A stretch of DNA of 47,844 bases from an uncultured Methanosarcinales archaeon (GCA_964362365.1 CAYIEF010000005.1:1-47844), one strand, 5' to 3'; numbered from the stretch's first letter, positions 8,685-18,314 are shown. Numbers and translations are program-made. The notes: generated by a model from the sequence alone, not told the origin.

Positions 8685-11609
8685 ATGAGGCCGATGTCTG
8701 GAAAAGTATTGATTGTTTTATTACTTGTACTTGTTCTTTTATTATCAACCAGTTCTTGTGCCCGCAGCGCCAGTGCGCCTAAAAGTCCAAAAATATTCAA
8801 TCAAGCAAAACAAACGCCTTTGGCCGGGCGAGCTTTTTACTCCAGTTTAGCCCAAGCAGACTACGCTGAACCGACTACCTTTAGTATAAGTGCAGATTCG
8901 CTCACTAAGGGAGAAATTCTTACTCTAGCTGTCAATGAAGATTATATTTACAAATATTATTACATTACTGTCAACGGACAATGGCAGAAGCGGGCCTTTC
9001 CTCAAGCTACAGCAGGATCTTCTAGCTGGATTAAATCATCTGCCAGCGTTTCTGTAGATACAAATCAATTGAAAGAAGGAAGCAATTTTGTGGTCGTCTA
9101 TTCCTGTACTAAAACAGGAAGCAGCTGGAACTGCCACAACAACAAATGGCAGATTCATGAGTTCAAGATTCTTCTTTTGCCGGTGTTCGAACCGCAGTGC
9201 GGCAGTGATCAGGAATGCCCGTATGCCAACGCCTGTGTAAATAATAAATGTGTGCCTAAACCATGCACTATTGATGCCGATTGTCCAGTTTCTTTCACCT
9301 GCAAAAATGGAGCGTGTGCAAAAGCTCCCTGGCCGGATAATGCCTACCACGTTGATGGAAGCTATACTGGAACTGTGAGTGATGGCAGCAAGCAAAAGCC
9401 GTGGAAAACTATTTCGGAAGCAGCTGCTTTCTCTCTCAAGCCAGGAGACTTTGTGGTGGTTCATCCCGGAACGTACCGCGAATCAGTTAAACTGAATCAT
9501 AAAGGAGAGAAAGAAAAACCTATCGCCTTCCTCGCTGACGGCGAAGTGGTCATAAAAGGTTCTGATCCCATTGTTGGCTGGGAACCGGATGCGCAAAAAG
9601 CGGGTTGTTATGTTCACAAGAACTGGATTTACAAGGAGCCATATGTTATGGAAAGTGAACAATTATATAATGGGTTAGGGTTGTATGAAAAACTCAGAAA
9701 GAAAGCGACTGATCAGGAAGTTGCTTCTTATAAGCAGACGTATGGAAACGAAAATGTAGCTGTGGTCTCAGTATGGGATCCGACCGTAAAAGCATACGTC
9801 CAGAAAGCTGATTTTACCGAATATTATAAGAAATTAGGAATTACCTTCACTTGGAAGTACGATGAAAACTGGCAGGTGCAGTATTTTGTGGTAAAGAATT
9901 GGGACAAAGGGATGGAATTCTTACGAAAAGAATTTCCGGATGTTCTTTATGCGTTAAGCAGTAATCAGGTTTTTGTGGATGAGAAGCCCTTGCGCGAAGT
10001 GGTGAGACCAGATCTTCTTAAGCCGGGAACGTTTTACATCGCTCCGCAAACCAAGGATCTTTCCGTCTGCCTGGCTGATTCATCCACTCCTGTAAATCAT
10101 AAAATGGACGGAAGCGCCAGGGACGTCTTGGTCAATTTTAATAAAGATTCTTCCTCTCTTGTCTTTAAAGGATTCAAGCTGCGCCATGCTTCTTCCCCGA
10201 TAACTGGGCGGCAATGGGTTCCAGAAAATGCCGTGCAAGTGCTAAATGAAAATCAGATAAAGATAGTAAATCCAGAGCAAGTAAGGAACACTGCGAATGC
10301 GGTTGAATTGTGGGGAACGAATCATGTTTTTGAAAATAATGAAATTAACTACGTTAATGGACAGGGGCTTGCAGTTCAAAGCCATCTCAAGCACCCTGGT
10401 TCGATAGCTCCCAACTATGATTATGCTGAGTTAAATTATAAAGAAGAATCACCTAAATGGCATCTTGGACATGTTATAAGCGGAAATACTATTCAACACT
10501 CCGGATTTTTAGGGGTTGGTTCACCAATTTCTAATGGTGTTACCTTTCATAATAACATCGTCCGCTTCAATAGTTTTAAGGCACTCTACTTATCCCCCAG
10601 CTGGGCTGCGGGCGGAATGAAATTACACGGCGCGCTCAATTGGGACATCAAGGGGCTAAAGTCCTACTACAACTATTACCATGGATTTTGGTGTGATACT
10701 GCCTGTTTTGGAAACAAAATACAACACAGCATCTTTTATGGAAACAATATAGCCATTCGTTTTGAACTTACTAACGCTAAGATGCCAGAGCAAGGAAATC
10801 TTGTCGCTGAAAACCTCATCTATTCAAATGTGGAAGGGGTGGATTATTCCCTCGCCGGATACCTGACTGTTTCCAACAATCTCATCGCCTATAACGATAT
10901 TGGAATTACGACCAGCGGAGGCACAGTTTCTTCAGAGAAGACTAATAAGTTTAGCGGAAATTTAATAACAGATCATGAAGTCAACAATGTAGGCTACTCG
11001 GCTTACACTCCTGACGCTGTCTTTGATAACAATCTCTATTACGGCGTCACAGAATGCCACTTCACCACGCATGGAGAGAATAATTGTCCACAGCTGAATT
11101 ATTGGAAGAGACAGGCAGCATTGGAGAAAGATATTGACAGTCAAGATTTGTCCGCCGAAGAAAAACAGGCGCTTAAAATACAGCTGAGATACGTTCATGG
11201 CGAACCGAATTGGAATGCACACCTAGCGCTGAGATCCAATTCTTACATAAAAATGTTGGCAGATTGGCAGCAGGCGACGGATGTCTGGTCCAAGGATGCT
11301 GCTTTCACGTATTATGACTATGCGAACGCTGCCCCAGCAACAACTAATTGGAATAAGAACTACAAAGGAACGTATCCTTCTGCCAATGGCAGCGAACAAT
11401 TTAAAACTTATCCCCTGCCAGACATATACAAAACTGAACAGTATCAGCAAATTCAACTAAAACCAGATCAAAATAGCGTTTATGCTGATCCAAAATATAA
11501 AGATCCAGTAAATGCAAACTTCTGTTTGGCAGACGACAGTCCTGCCCGCGCAAAGAATATTGGTCCTGCGGCGCTGCATAAGTGTAAACCGCTTCTTGTT
11601 GTTACATAG
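8685..11609 (+). CDS. Surface lipoprotein with a right-handed parallel beta-helix (pectin-lyase-like/DUF1565) domain
   Basis: YHVDG...GSKQKPWKTISEAA...PGDFVVVHPGTYRE, NQVFVD, and AGGMKL...HGFWCD with Asn-ladder repeats. N-terminal TM ends in SSC. Start moved to ATG 8685 (or 8694) because the ORF-track start lies inside the MITE. Confidence 0.85.
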   Translation: MRPMSGKVLIVLLLVLVLLLSTSSCARSASAPKSPKIFNQAKQTPLAGRAFYSSLAQADYAEPTTFSISADSLTKGEILTLAVNEDYIYKYYYITVNGQWQKRAFPQATAGSSSWIKSSASVSVDTNQLKEGSNFVVVYSCTKTGSSWNCHNNKWQIHEFKILLLPVFEPQCGSDQECPYANACVNNKCVPKPCTIDADCPVSFTCKNGACAKAPWPDNAYHVDGSYTGTVSDGSKQKPWKTISEAAAFSLKPGDFVVVHPGTYRESVKLNHKGEKEKPIAFLADGEVVIKGSDPIVGWEPDAQKAGCYVHKNWIYKEPYVMESEQLYNGLGLYEKLRKKATDQEVASYKQTYGNENVAVVSVWDPTVKAYVQKADFTEYYKKLGITFTWKYDENWQVQYFVVKNWDKGMEFLRKEFPDVLYALSSNQVFVDEKPLREVVRPDLLKPGTFYIAPQTKDLSVCLADSSTPVNHKMDGSARDVLVNFNKDSSSLVFKGFKLRHASSPITGRQWVPENAVQVLNENQIKIVNPEQVRNTANAVELWGTNHVFENNEINYVNGQGLAVQSHLKHPGSIAPNYDYAELNYKEESPKWHLGHVISGNTIQHSGFLGVGSPISNGVTFHNNIVRFNSFKALYLSPSWAAGGMKLHGALNWDIKGLKSYYNYYHGFWCDTACFGNKIQHSIFYGNNIAIRFELTNAKMPEQGNLVAENLIYSNVEGVDYSLAGYLTVSNNLIAYNDIGITTSGGTVSSEKTNKFSGNLITDHEVNNVGYSAYTPDAVFDNNLYYGVTECHFTTHGENNCPQLNYWKRQAALEKDIDSQDLSAEEKQALKIQLRYVHGEPNWNAHLALRSNSYIKMLADWQQATDVWSKDAAFTYYDYANAAPATTNWNKNYKGTYPSANGSEQFKTYPLPDIYKTEQYQQIQLKPDQNSVYADPKYKDPVNANFCLADDSPARAKNIGPAALHKCKPLLVVT

Positions 11610-11693
11610 TCTTAGCCAAATTAAAAATTTTTTCCAATATGCCAATAGCAGAATCTTTTTAAACCTGAGTTCTTTCGTTATTCTCGGTGCTAG

Positions 11694-13883
11694 ATGGACC
11701 AACGTGAATATCAAGATTTGCTGGAGAAATATAAATCGCGCGTCGCTCAAGAGTTTGGAAGCACTGCGCCAGCGATGGCTAAAGTAACTACCAAAGAATA
11801 CGCTGAGTTCAAACGGGAATTATATCCTGCGCATTATACGCTTTACGAGAAAGCATGCAACTTTTCGGACAACCTTCTGAAGCTCACAGTTGATCCAGTA
11901 AAAGCAGCATCTATGCAGAAAAATCTCGACCTCTGCCACCTCAATGTACGTCCTGCTGGAGTCATTGCCCTTTCTTTCCTGTTTCCTCTCCTCACTATTG
12001 TGTTAGGTTCCCTCATCGCTTTCGGCATCTTCGGCATGTTTTTCTTTGTTGTTTTTTTCTTAGTTGCCGGCCTGTTGATGATTCCTGCCCTGCAAAAAGC
12101 TCCTGATTTTATGGCTAATACCTGGCGGATGAAAGCATCTAACCAGATGGTGCAAAGTGTTTTTTACATCGTAACCTATATGCGTCACACTTCCAACTTG
12201 GAACGAGCAATAGAATTTGCCGCTGATCATCTTGAGCCGCCTCTTTCTTTAGACTTTCGTAAAATATTATGGGATGTGGAAACAGAAAAATACAGCACCA
12301 TCCGCGCTTCTGCCGAAGCATATCTGCTGGTGTGGAAAGAGTGGGATGCTGAGTTTGTGGAATCATTCCATCTGATAGAATCGTCATTGTTCGAATCCTC
12401 GGAAGAACGACGTTTAGCTTTACTCGACAAATCTTTAGACGTTATCCTTACTGGAACGTATGAAACCATGCTGCATTACGCTCATTCGCTCAAGTCACCT
12501 ATCACCATGCTGCATATGTTAGGAATCATTCTCCCCATCTTGGGTTTAGTTATTCTTCCTTTAGTGGTCAGCTTCTTAGGAGGCGAAGGTTCCAGCCCTT
12601 TTGTTTCCGCGATCTACATTTCTGTCCTTTACAATGTTACCTTGCCAATCAGCGTTTTTTATTTAGGAAGGATCATCCTTTCCAAAAGGCCGGCGGGATA
12701 TGGAGCAGTTGATATTGGAAAAAAAGAAGGATTCAAAAAATACAAGAATGTGGCTCTGCCGCTCAGCAAGAATTTCACACTCTGGGTAAATCCATTGTAT
12801 TTTTGCATCATGGTTTTTGTGGTAGGGATGCTGATCGGATTTAGCCCTTTGATGATGCATTCTTTAGGAGTGAGTGATTTCGCTTTCGATCAAAATGGAA
12901 ATCTTAAAATGCTTGAATACGTCTGTCCTCCAGATCTAGGTCCGGGATGCGCAGAAGAAGAGCGCATAGGCCCATATGGGATAGGTTCGTCCCTTCTTTC
13001 TTTGGTAGTGGTCTTGGGATTAGGTGTTTCCTTCGGATTGTTTTTTGCGCTGCGTTCTAAAAATGTGATTAAGATCAGAGAGAAAACCAAAGAACTGGAA
13101 GAAGAATTCTCTTCCGCGATGTTCCAGTTGGGTAATCGTTTAGGCGATGGTCTGCCTGCCGAGATTGCCTTTGCACGAGTAGCAGAAACGATGCGTGGTA
13201 CTGTTTCTGGCGACTTTTTTGCTCTGGCAGAAAAAAATATCACTAGTTTAGGCATGGGCTTAGAACAATCGTTATTTGATCCGAGAGTAGGAGCGGTAGT
13301 AAAATTTCCATCTAACGTTATCGAAGCATCCATGAAAGTGTTAATTGAAAGTATCCGGAAAGGCCCCAGGATTGCCGCACAGGCCTTATTATCCATGTCT
13401 CGTTACATTAAAGAGATACATAGGGTAGAAGAACGATTGCAAGACTTGATGGCTGATGTCATCTCCTCCATGAAAGCGCAGACCAAATTTCTTACCCCCG
13501 CTATTGCAGGAATAGTCATCGGAATAACTTCTATGATCTCCACTATTTTGACAAAATTAAGCGCGCAATTAGGAGCATTTACTACTGCACAAGGCGCGGC
13601 CGGTGGAACTGCTGGCGGCTTTGGAGATTTGTTAACTATTTTTGGTATCGGCATTCCTACCTTTCATTTCCAGATTATTGTAGGCATTTATGTGGTACAG
13701 ATAGGGTACATCCTCACTGTTCTAAGCAACGGCATTGAAAATGGCGCAGATAAATTAGGAGAACGCTATTCTTTGGGCAAGAATTTGATCAACAGCACGA
13801 GTTTGTATTGTTTCATTGCCGCTTTAGTGATGTTGTTGTTTAACTTCTTTGCTGGCACTATATTACAGAGGACGTTTACGTAG
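11694..13883 (+). CDS. Type IV pilus/archaellum-type membrane platform protein (TadC/ArlJ/T2SSF-like)
   Basis: Two cytoplasmic helical domains (YMRHTSNLERAIEFAA...PLSLDFRKILWDVE and FQLGNRLGDGLPAEIAF), each followed by TM bundles. Confidence 0.75.
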   Translation: MDQREYQDLLEKYKSRVAQEFGSTAPAMAKVTTKEYAEFKRELYPAHYTLYEKACNFSDNLLKLTVDPVKAASMQKNLDLCHLNVRPAGVIALSFLFPLLTIVLGSLIAFGIFGMFFFVVFFLVAGLLMIPALQKAPDFMANTWRMKASNQMVQSVFYIVTYMRHTSNLERAIEFAADHLEPPLSLDFRKILWDVETEKYSTIRASAEAYLLVWKEWDAEFVESFHLIESSLFESSEERRLALLDKSLDVILTGTYETMLHYAHSLKSPITMLHMLGIILPILGLVILPLVVSFLGGEGSSPFVSAIYISVLYNVTLPISVFYLGRIILSKRPAGYGAVDIGKKEGFKKYKNVALPLSKNFTLWVNPLYFCIMVFVVGMLIGFSPLMMHSLGVSDFAFDQNGNLKMLEYVCPPDLGPGCAEEERIGPYGIGSSLLSLVVVLGLGVSFGLFFALRSKNVIKIREKTKELEEEFSSAMFQLGNRLGDGLPAEIAFARVAETMRGTVSGDFFALAEKNITSLGMGLEQSLFDPRVGAVVKFPSNVIEASMKVLIESIRKGPRIAAQALLSMSRYIKEIHRVEERLQDLMADVISSMKAQTKFLTPAIAGIVIGITSMISTILTKLSAQLGAFTTAQGAAGGTAGGFGDLLTIFGIGIPTFHFQIIVGIYVVQIGYILTVLSNGIENGADKLGERYSLGKNLINSTSLYCFIAALVMLLFNFFAGTILQRTFT

Positions 13884-13893
13884 CGATTAAGAA

Positions 13894-13967
13894 TGGGAGC
13901 GGTGGGATTTGAACCCACGATGCCTAGGTCTTCAGCCTAGTGCTTTCCCAGGTTAAGCTACGCTCCC
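13894..13967 (-). tRNA. tRNA-Phe(GAA), intronless
   Basis: Reverse complement GGGAGCG TA GCTT AACCTGGGA AAGC A CTAGG CTGAAGA CCTAG GCATC GTGGG TTCAAAT CCCAC CGCTCCC A folds as a full cloverleaf. No encoded CCA. Confidence 0.97.
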
Positions 13968-14080
13968 ATAAAATGCTTTATTTAAGGCTCATTTATAATA
14001 TTTTTGGTAAAGAACTTCTTCTCCATTACTCTTCCACTATAAAGTTAAATTTATATATTCCAAAATTTTCCTAGTTACAG

Positions 14081-14824
14081 ATGGTTCAAAGAAAAAGAGG
14101 CAGAAATCAGGCACGGCATTCATCCCGTTCTTTACAGCAGCCTAATGTCTGGGTTCTTTTAAGCGTGGCCTTGCTAGTGATAAGCCTTACGGTTATAACT
14201 TCAATAGGCCCTTCTTCTGTTACTGGAAATACCATCCAGAATATTGGCCGGATGAACAAAGGAGATCCTCTCCATCTAAGCGTTCGGGATGTTTTCGGTT
14301 TGGAAACCATCTTCACTAATGCTGGTGAAACTATTTTAAATGGAAAAATCACTGTCGAAGAAGATGATACTATCCCTTTCGATCGTCTTTATGTCACCAA
14401 ATTCAAGGTAAGTTCTGAAAATAAGTTTGGTCCTCTCCAGTTTACGTTTAGAGTCAAAGAACAAGATTTGCTGGATAAGGGTATTTCCCGTTACGACTTG
14501 CGATTATATCATGGAGTTAAAGAATATTCCTTACAGCTTCTGAGAGTAAATAGTGGAATTCTCTATTATATTGTTACCGTTCCATCTATGGGTAACTTTG
14601 TATTAGGAAGAGTTGCAGTAGTAGTCGAAAAACCAGCAGCTGTTAAGGAAGAAACGGTTAAAGAACCAACTGTTGAAGAGCAACCAACCGCAGCACCGGT
14701 AGAAGAGATGCCTGAAGAAGTGTCAGAAGAGCCTTTAGTTGGAAAAGCGGCAGAAGTTCCAGCGCCAGAAAAAACAGGCTTATGGGCAAGAATTGTTTCA
14801 TTCTTTAGAAATTTATTTTCATAA
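14081..14824 (+). CDS. Membrane-anchored surface protein with a PGF-pre-PGF-like domain
   Basis: N-terminal TM, FTFRVK...LRLYH...YYIVTVPSMGNFVLG region, Glu/Pro linker, and amphipathic C-terminal tail GLWARIVSFFRNLFS. Confidence 0.7.
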   Translation: MVQRKRGRNQARHSSRSLQQPNVWVLLSVALLVISLTVITSIGPSSVTGNTIQNIGRMNKGDPLHLSVRDVFGLETIFTNAGETILNGKITVEEDDTIPFDRLYVTKFKVSSENKFGPLQFTFRVKEQDLLDKGISRYDLRLYHGVKEYSLQLLRVNSGILYYIVTVPSMGNFVLGRVAVVVEKPAAVKEETVKEPTVEEQPTAAPVEEMPEEVSEEPLVGKAAEVPAPEKTGLWARIVSFFRNLFS

Positions 14825-14884
14825 ATGGTTTATTTAGTATAATCTCCTTCAACCGCATTGATGTGCTGAAATAGTATTTTCATT

Positions 14885-15050
14885 TGTTTCTGATACCCCG
14901 CCGCTTGCGGTGGCTGGGCTGCTTTCTATCAACTCGCCGTTATCGAAGGGGTATCAGATACATTAAAAATATCCCGCCCCTTTGGGCGGTTGGGATTTTT
15001 ATTTCTGCCGTAGGGATTTTAACTGAATGCGTCAGTAGTCCGATGTTAAA
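14885..15050. repeat. Cluster of GC-rich hairpins (REP-like or IS200/IS605-end-like, or a structured RNA)
   Basis: TGTTTCTGATACCCC (14885-14899) pairs with GGGGTATCAGATACA (14948-14962). A second hairpin contains CCGCCC-CTTT-GGGCGG within 14965-15000. A third is ACTGA-atgcg-TCAGT. Confidence 0.55.
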
Positions 15051-15089
15051 GGCGCTTTTCTGGTTATCAAAAATAAGAAAAAATGAGGA

Positions 15090-15224
15090 TCAGTATCCTC
15101 GACAATTAGTGCAATAGTACCTGTTAGCGTTTTCGACCACAATCCGTTCGTTGCAACCTTTACAGCAGCGCTGGATTTTAAACTTTTTAACCTCTTGAAA
15201 AATGTGTTGTTTCAGTTTAATCAC
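15090..15224 (-). CDS. Small zinc-finger protein (44 aa), below the ORF-track cutoff
   Basis: Manual translation MIKLKQHIFQEVKKFKIQRCCKGCNERIVVENANRYYCTNCRGY contains two CxxC motifs. GGTGA RBS-like motifs at and upstream of the start; TATA-like sequences at ~15286-15320. Confidence 0.65.
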   Translation of the reverse strand: MIKLKQHIFQEVKKFKIQRCCKGCNERIVVENANRYYCTNCRGY

Positions 15225-15360
15225 CTTCTTTTTTTTGCGGAGGCGACAAAGAATATCCTTATCACCTTCTTACTAGAAACATCTATTATTTAAAAGAGAA
15301 TGAAATGAAGTATATAAATGTTTGGATTTGTGTCGACGAGAAAAAGAGGAAAATGATTTT

Positions 15361-15981
15361 TTATATTAATTTTGGCAGGAAAAAATAAGCAAATAATCCA
15401 ATCATCAACATTACTGCCCATACTCCTTTGTTCCAATCAAAAATTTTTCTTCCGTCCAGCGGTCCGAAGGGAATTAAGTTAAACATTCCCAGCCAAATGT
15501 TGATGGAAAATCCGGTTGCAAATACATTACTCCACTGTGGAAATAAAACTAATAATCCTAAAAATATCATCGCCAAAACATAATTCATTGCCGGCCCAGC
15601 AGCGCTGATATGCCCATTTTCTTTTCTCGTCACCATTCCTGAAATCATTACCGCGCCAGGAGCAGCAAAAATAAATCCAATAAATACTGCTAATCCTACT
15701 GCTAAATATAACAGCTGATCCCAAGCTCTGAATTCCGCTGCGCATCCATAATGCTGGGCCACAAATTTATGCGCCAACTCATGCAGCAAAAAACCTAATC
15801 CTGCGGTAAACATGGAAATGAAGAAGGTGATCGCAAAATTCAGGGAAAATGCTTTTTCAAGGCTTCCATTAAGTATGCTTGCTCCAGAGTAAATAAATGC
15901 AAACGCCAGCGACAGGGCTAGCCAAGCTTTGGTTATGTCAATGATTTCGGTGCGGGAGGTTTTAATTTTCCCTATTTTCAT
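15361..15981 (-). CDS. Site-2 protease (peptidase M50) membrane zinc metalloprotease
   Basis: HELAH zinc motif, ISAAGP, FNLIPFGPLDG and multiple TMs. Start is 15981 or 15993. Confidence 0.93.
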   Translation of the reverse strand: MKIGKIKTSRTEIIDITKAWLALSLAFAFIYSGASILNGSLEKAFSLNFAITFFISMFTAGLGFLLHELAHKFVAQHYGCAAEFRAWDQLLYLAVGLAVFIGFIFAAPGAVMISGMVTRKENGHISAAGPAMNYVLAMIFLGLLVLFPQWSNVFATGFSINIWLGMFNLIPFGPLDGRKIFDWNKGVWAVMLMIGLFAYFFLPKLI

Positions 15982-16171
15982 GGTCTGGTACATTATTCTC
16001 CGGTTCTTGGTCTTTCAGAAATTCTTTCGAATGTTGCGCTTCTTCTTCAACTTTGACTAATAAAGAAAGATCGGCGAAGTTTTCCTGCGCGCACTCCTGA
16101 CAGTAGTAATCTGAAGTATCTTTAATCTTATACCTTGCCTCAGCGTCGCAAACGGTACATTTTTTACCCAT
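15962..16171 (-). CDS. Small zinc-finger protein
   Basis: CTVC...YCQECA motifs. TATA (tttaaa) about 25 nt upstream. Overlaps the M50 start. Confidence 0.75.
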   Translation of the reverse strand: MGKKCTVCDAEARYKIKDTSDYYCQECAQENFADLSLLVKVEEEAQHSKEFLKDQEPENNVPDHENREN

Positions 16172-16232
16172 ATAAGCTTAAATCAGTGATGGTTTAAAAA
16201 GGTTTTTCATATCGTAGGTAAAATAAACACTT

Positions 16233-17000
16233 TCAAGCCTTTTCTATATAAAATATATTGGCCACTTCAATCTCTTTAATGTTTGGGTCTCTCTTTGAAG
16301 GTACTCGGAAAGAACTCCACCTCTCTTCTGGACAGAAATAAATTTTCTTTCTCCAGATTCCGCCAGTAGCTACAACATAACCATATTTTGGACTTCTACC
16401 TACTTGGATTAGATAAACTTTCATGAATTTGTCTAAGTTTCTAATTATTTCGTCTCTTCTTTCTTCAGTAAAATTTCTTAATTTATTTTCTAGAATTTCA
16501 TCTTCTTTAAGGTCTGTATTTAGGATTTGATTTATTACTGCAATGGACATGTCAACTTTCTTTTTCATATCATTGGCTCTGCTCCTTGCAATATCTTGTT
16601 CAGTAGTGTAATAAAAAAGCATTGGCTCTTTTTTCTGAGAAGATTTTTCTAATAATTCTTTAACAAGCTTACTATGATCAGATAATTCCCTTATCATTCC
16701 TTTCAAAATTATCTTTGCTTTATCGGACAATTCGTATTCACGATTAATATATTTCTCAGGAATAGCGTGAAAATGAGCTATATCTTTAGAGATTACTTTA
16801 TCTACTTTCTCCTTCACCACAAACATAGACAACAATTTTTTCGCACTTTCCTTTATGGAAGAGGTAAATTGTTTATTTTTTTCAGGTATAACCGGATCTT
16901 CTTCAATCCAAAAAGAATAAAGCAGACGCAATCTCTTTACTATTCTCCCATCAACATCCCCTAAAAGATTAATTTCTTTAAATGGGTCTAGTTTTGTCAT
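16233..17000 (-). CDS. Hypothetical protein (helical N-terminal part, beta-rich C-terminal part)
   Basis: 255-aa ORF starting 4 nt after the PIN-like gene, RBS gagg. No recognised motif. Confidence 0.7.
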   Translation of the reverse strand: MTKLDPFKEINLLGDVDGRIVKRLRLLYSFWIEEDPVIPEKNKQFTSSIKESAKKLLSMFVVKEKVDKVISKDIAHFHAIPEKYINREYELSDKAKIILKGMIRELSDHSKLVKELLEKSSQKKEPMLFYYTTEQDIARSRANDMKKKVDMSIAVINQILNTDLKEDEILENKLRNFTEERRDEIIRNLDKFMKVYLIQVGRSPKYGYVVATGGIWRKKIYFCPEERWSSFRVPSKRDPNIKEIEVANIFYIEKA

Positions 17001-17004
17001 AACC

Positions 17005-17694
17005 TCATCTCTTCAACAAATACTCTTTAATCTCTTCCACTTCATGTTCAGTCACTGCTGCACCGTTGTATTTTGCTGCCCAAAGAACTGCTTCCACTAA
17101 AGTTTCACGGCCATTTTTTTGTGGAGGAAGATACGAATCCAGAAGACCCATCTTGTATGCAACCCCTACCAGTTCGATGGAACGGACGATTTTTATGTTT
17201 CCCAATTCCTTGCTGAATTGTTTCATTTTTTCCGCATCAACTGAGACTGTCTTATTGAAGCGGCGCTCCAGCAAAGCCTTCATCTCTTTATTATTTTCAA
17301 TGAATAATCTCATGGTTCTTTCGTCCATGACCATAGCTTCCGCCCCTGCCTTTAAGGCGCAGACTACTGATTCAATTTCCCCAGATTGCACCACTTCCAT
17401 ATTTTGATTTCCGATCTTAAATGAACTGTTGGCGATAGCGTGCAGACGCATCACTTCTTTTTGCGGAACATCTTCATACACTTCCAATACCCCGTCTTTA
17501 ATCAGCTTTAATGCCTGCAATGCTTCAAATTCAAACCGCTTGATGTCCATCGGCCTGGTGATCAATTCCCGCTTTACTGAAGGGGTGATATAGAACTTTC
17601 CTCCGTATTTTTTCTTTAGTTCAGGAAGAATCCAGATCAGCCTGGACATGACTAAAGTGATGATTGGTCCGGTATCAAAAAAGAGAGATTTCAT
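17005..17694 (-). CDS. PIN-fold protein (DUF3368-like)
   Basis: FFDTGPII, ITPSVKREL, GEIESV and MVMDERTMR motifs. RBS gaggt. Confidence 0.8.
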   Translation of the reverse strand: MKSLFFDTGPIITLVMSRLIWILPELKKKYGGKFYITPSVKRELITRPMDIKRFEFEALQALKLIKDGVLEVYEDVPQKEVMRLHAIANSSFKIGNQNMEVVQSGEIESVVCALKAGAEAMVMDERTMRLFIENNKEMKALLERRFNKTVSVDAEKMKQFSKELGNIKIVRSIELVGVAYKMGLLDSYLPPQKNGRETLVEAVLWAAKYNGAAVTEHEVEEIKEYLLKR

Positions 17695-17756
17695 TTAATC
17701 TTACCTCTTTTTTGGACTTTCCTTCGGCAAGTATCAAAGAATAATGCTTTAGCCAT

Positions 17757-18314
17757 TTAAGAAACCCCAAATATCTTTAACGCAGTGGAAACTCTTTTTG
17801 CTGCTGGGATACTTTCTTCATGCTGATCGAGCGCAGTGGTTTTACCAGCATACGCTTGCAGATCCCAGTTCGATAAGCCCATCAATCCAGCTGCCTGCCC
17901 GATAGAAAGTCCTTTCTCAAACAAGGCTGCGCTTTTCTTGATCTTTGCTGCATCCATCACATCCTGAAGATGCACTTTGACTTTAGCGTTGCATTTTTTA
18001 ACCAATTGGAACAGATTCTTGATGCTGCCATTGTATTTTCCTAACTGATTTTTCTCTAAGCTGCCTTTGGCATTCTGAAGCTCTTTGATGATGATTTGGT
18101 AATCTTTTTCAGGAATGGAATTCACAATCTTGTATAAAGAATAAATCAACACGGTAACGGAAATCAAGTCAAGATTCTTATGTACTGCTACATCCTCGAT
18201 GCCGTGGTCGCTTAACACGCGCAGCTGATCAACATCATTTTTATCCTTGCGTTGGAGGATGCTGATAGCTTGGCTTAAATCATAGAAGATCTCTTTCTTA
18301 ATCGCCTCTTCCAT
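17757..18314 (-). CDS. Helical protein with a C-terminal UPF0175-like HTH (putative antitoxin or regulator)
   Basis: LFEKGLSIGQAAGLMGLSNWDL HTH. Start moved to MEEAIKK (18314), about 25 nt below a TATA-like sequence. Confidence 0.7.
   Translation of the reverse strand: MEEAIKKEIFYDLSQAISILQRKDKNDVDQLRVLSDHGIEDVAVHKNLDLISVTVLIYSLYKIVNSIPEKDYQIIIKELQNAKGSLEKNQLGKYNGSIKNLFQLVKKCNAKVKVHLQDVMDAAKIKKSAALFEKGLSIGQAAGLMGLSNWDLQAYAGKTTALDQHEESIPAAKRVSTALKIFGVS

Noticed and set aside
15015-15055. ACTGAATGCGTCAGT region as a hammerhead or HDV-like ribozyme
   Set aside because: The CTGANGA and GAAA cores and the required pseudoknots could not be placed.
14884-15117. 77-aa plus-strand ORF
   Set aside because: It spans the hairpin island, has no protein-like features, and overlaps the better-supported zinc-finger ORF on the opposite strand.
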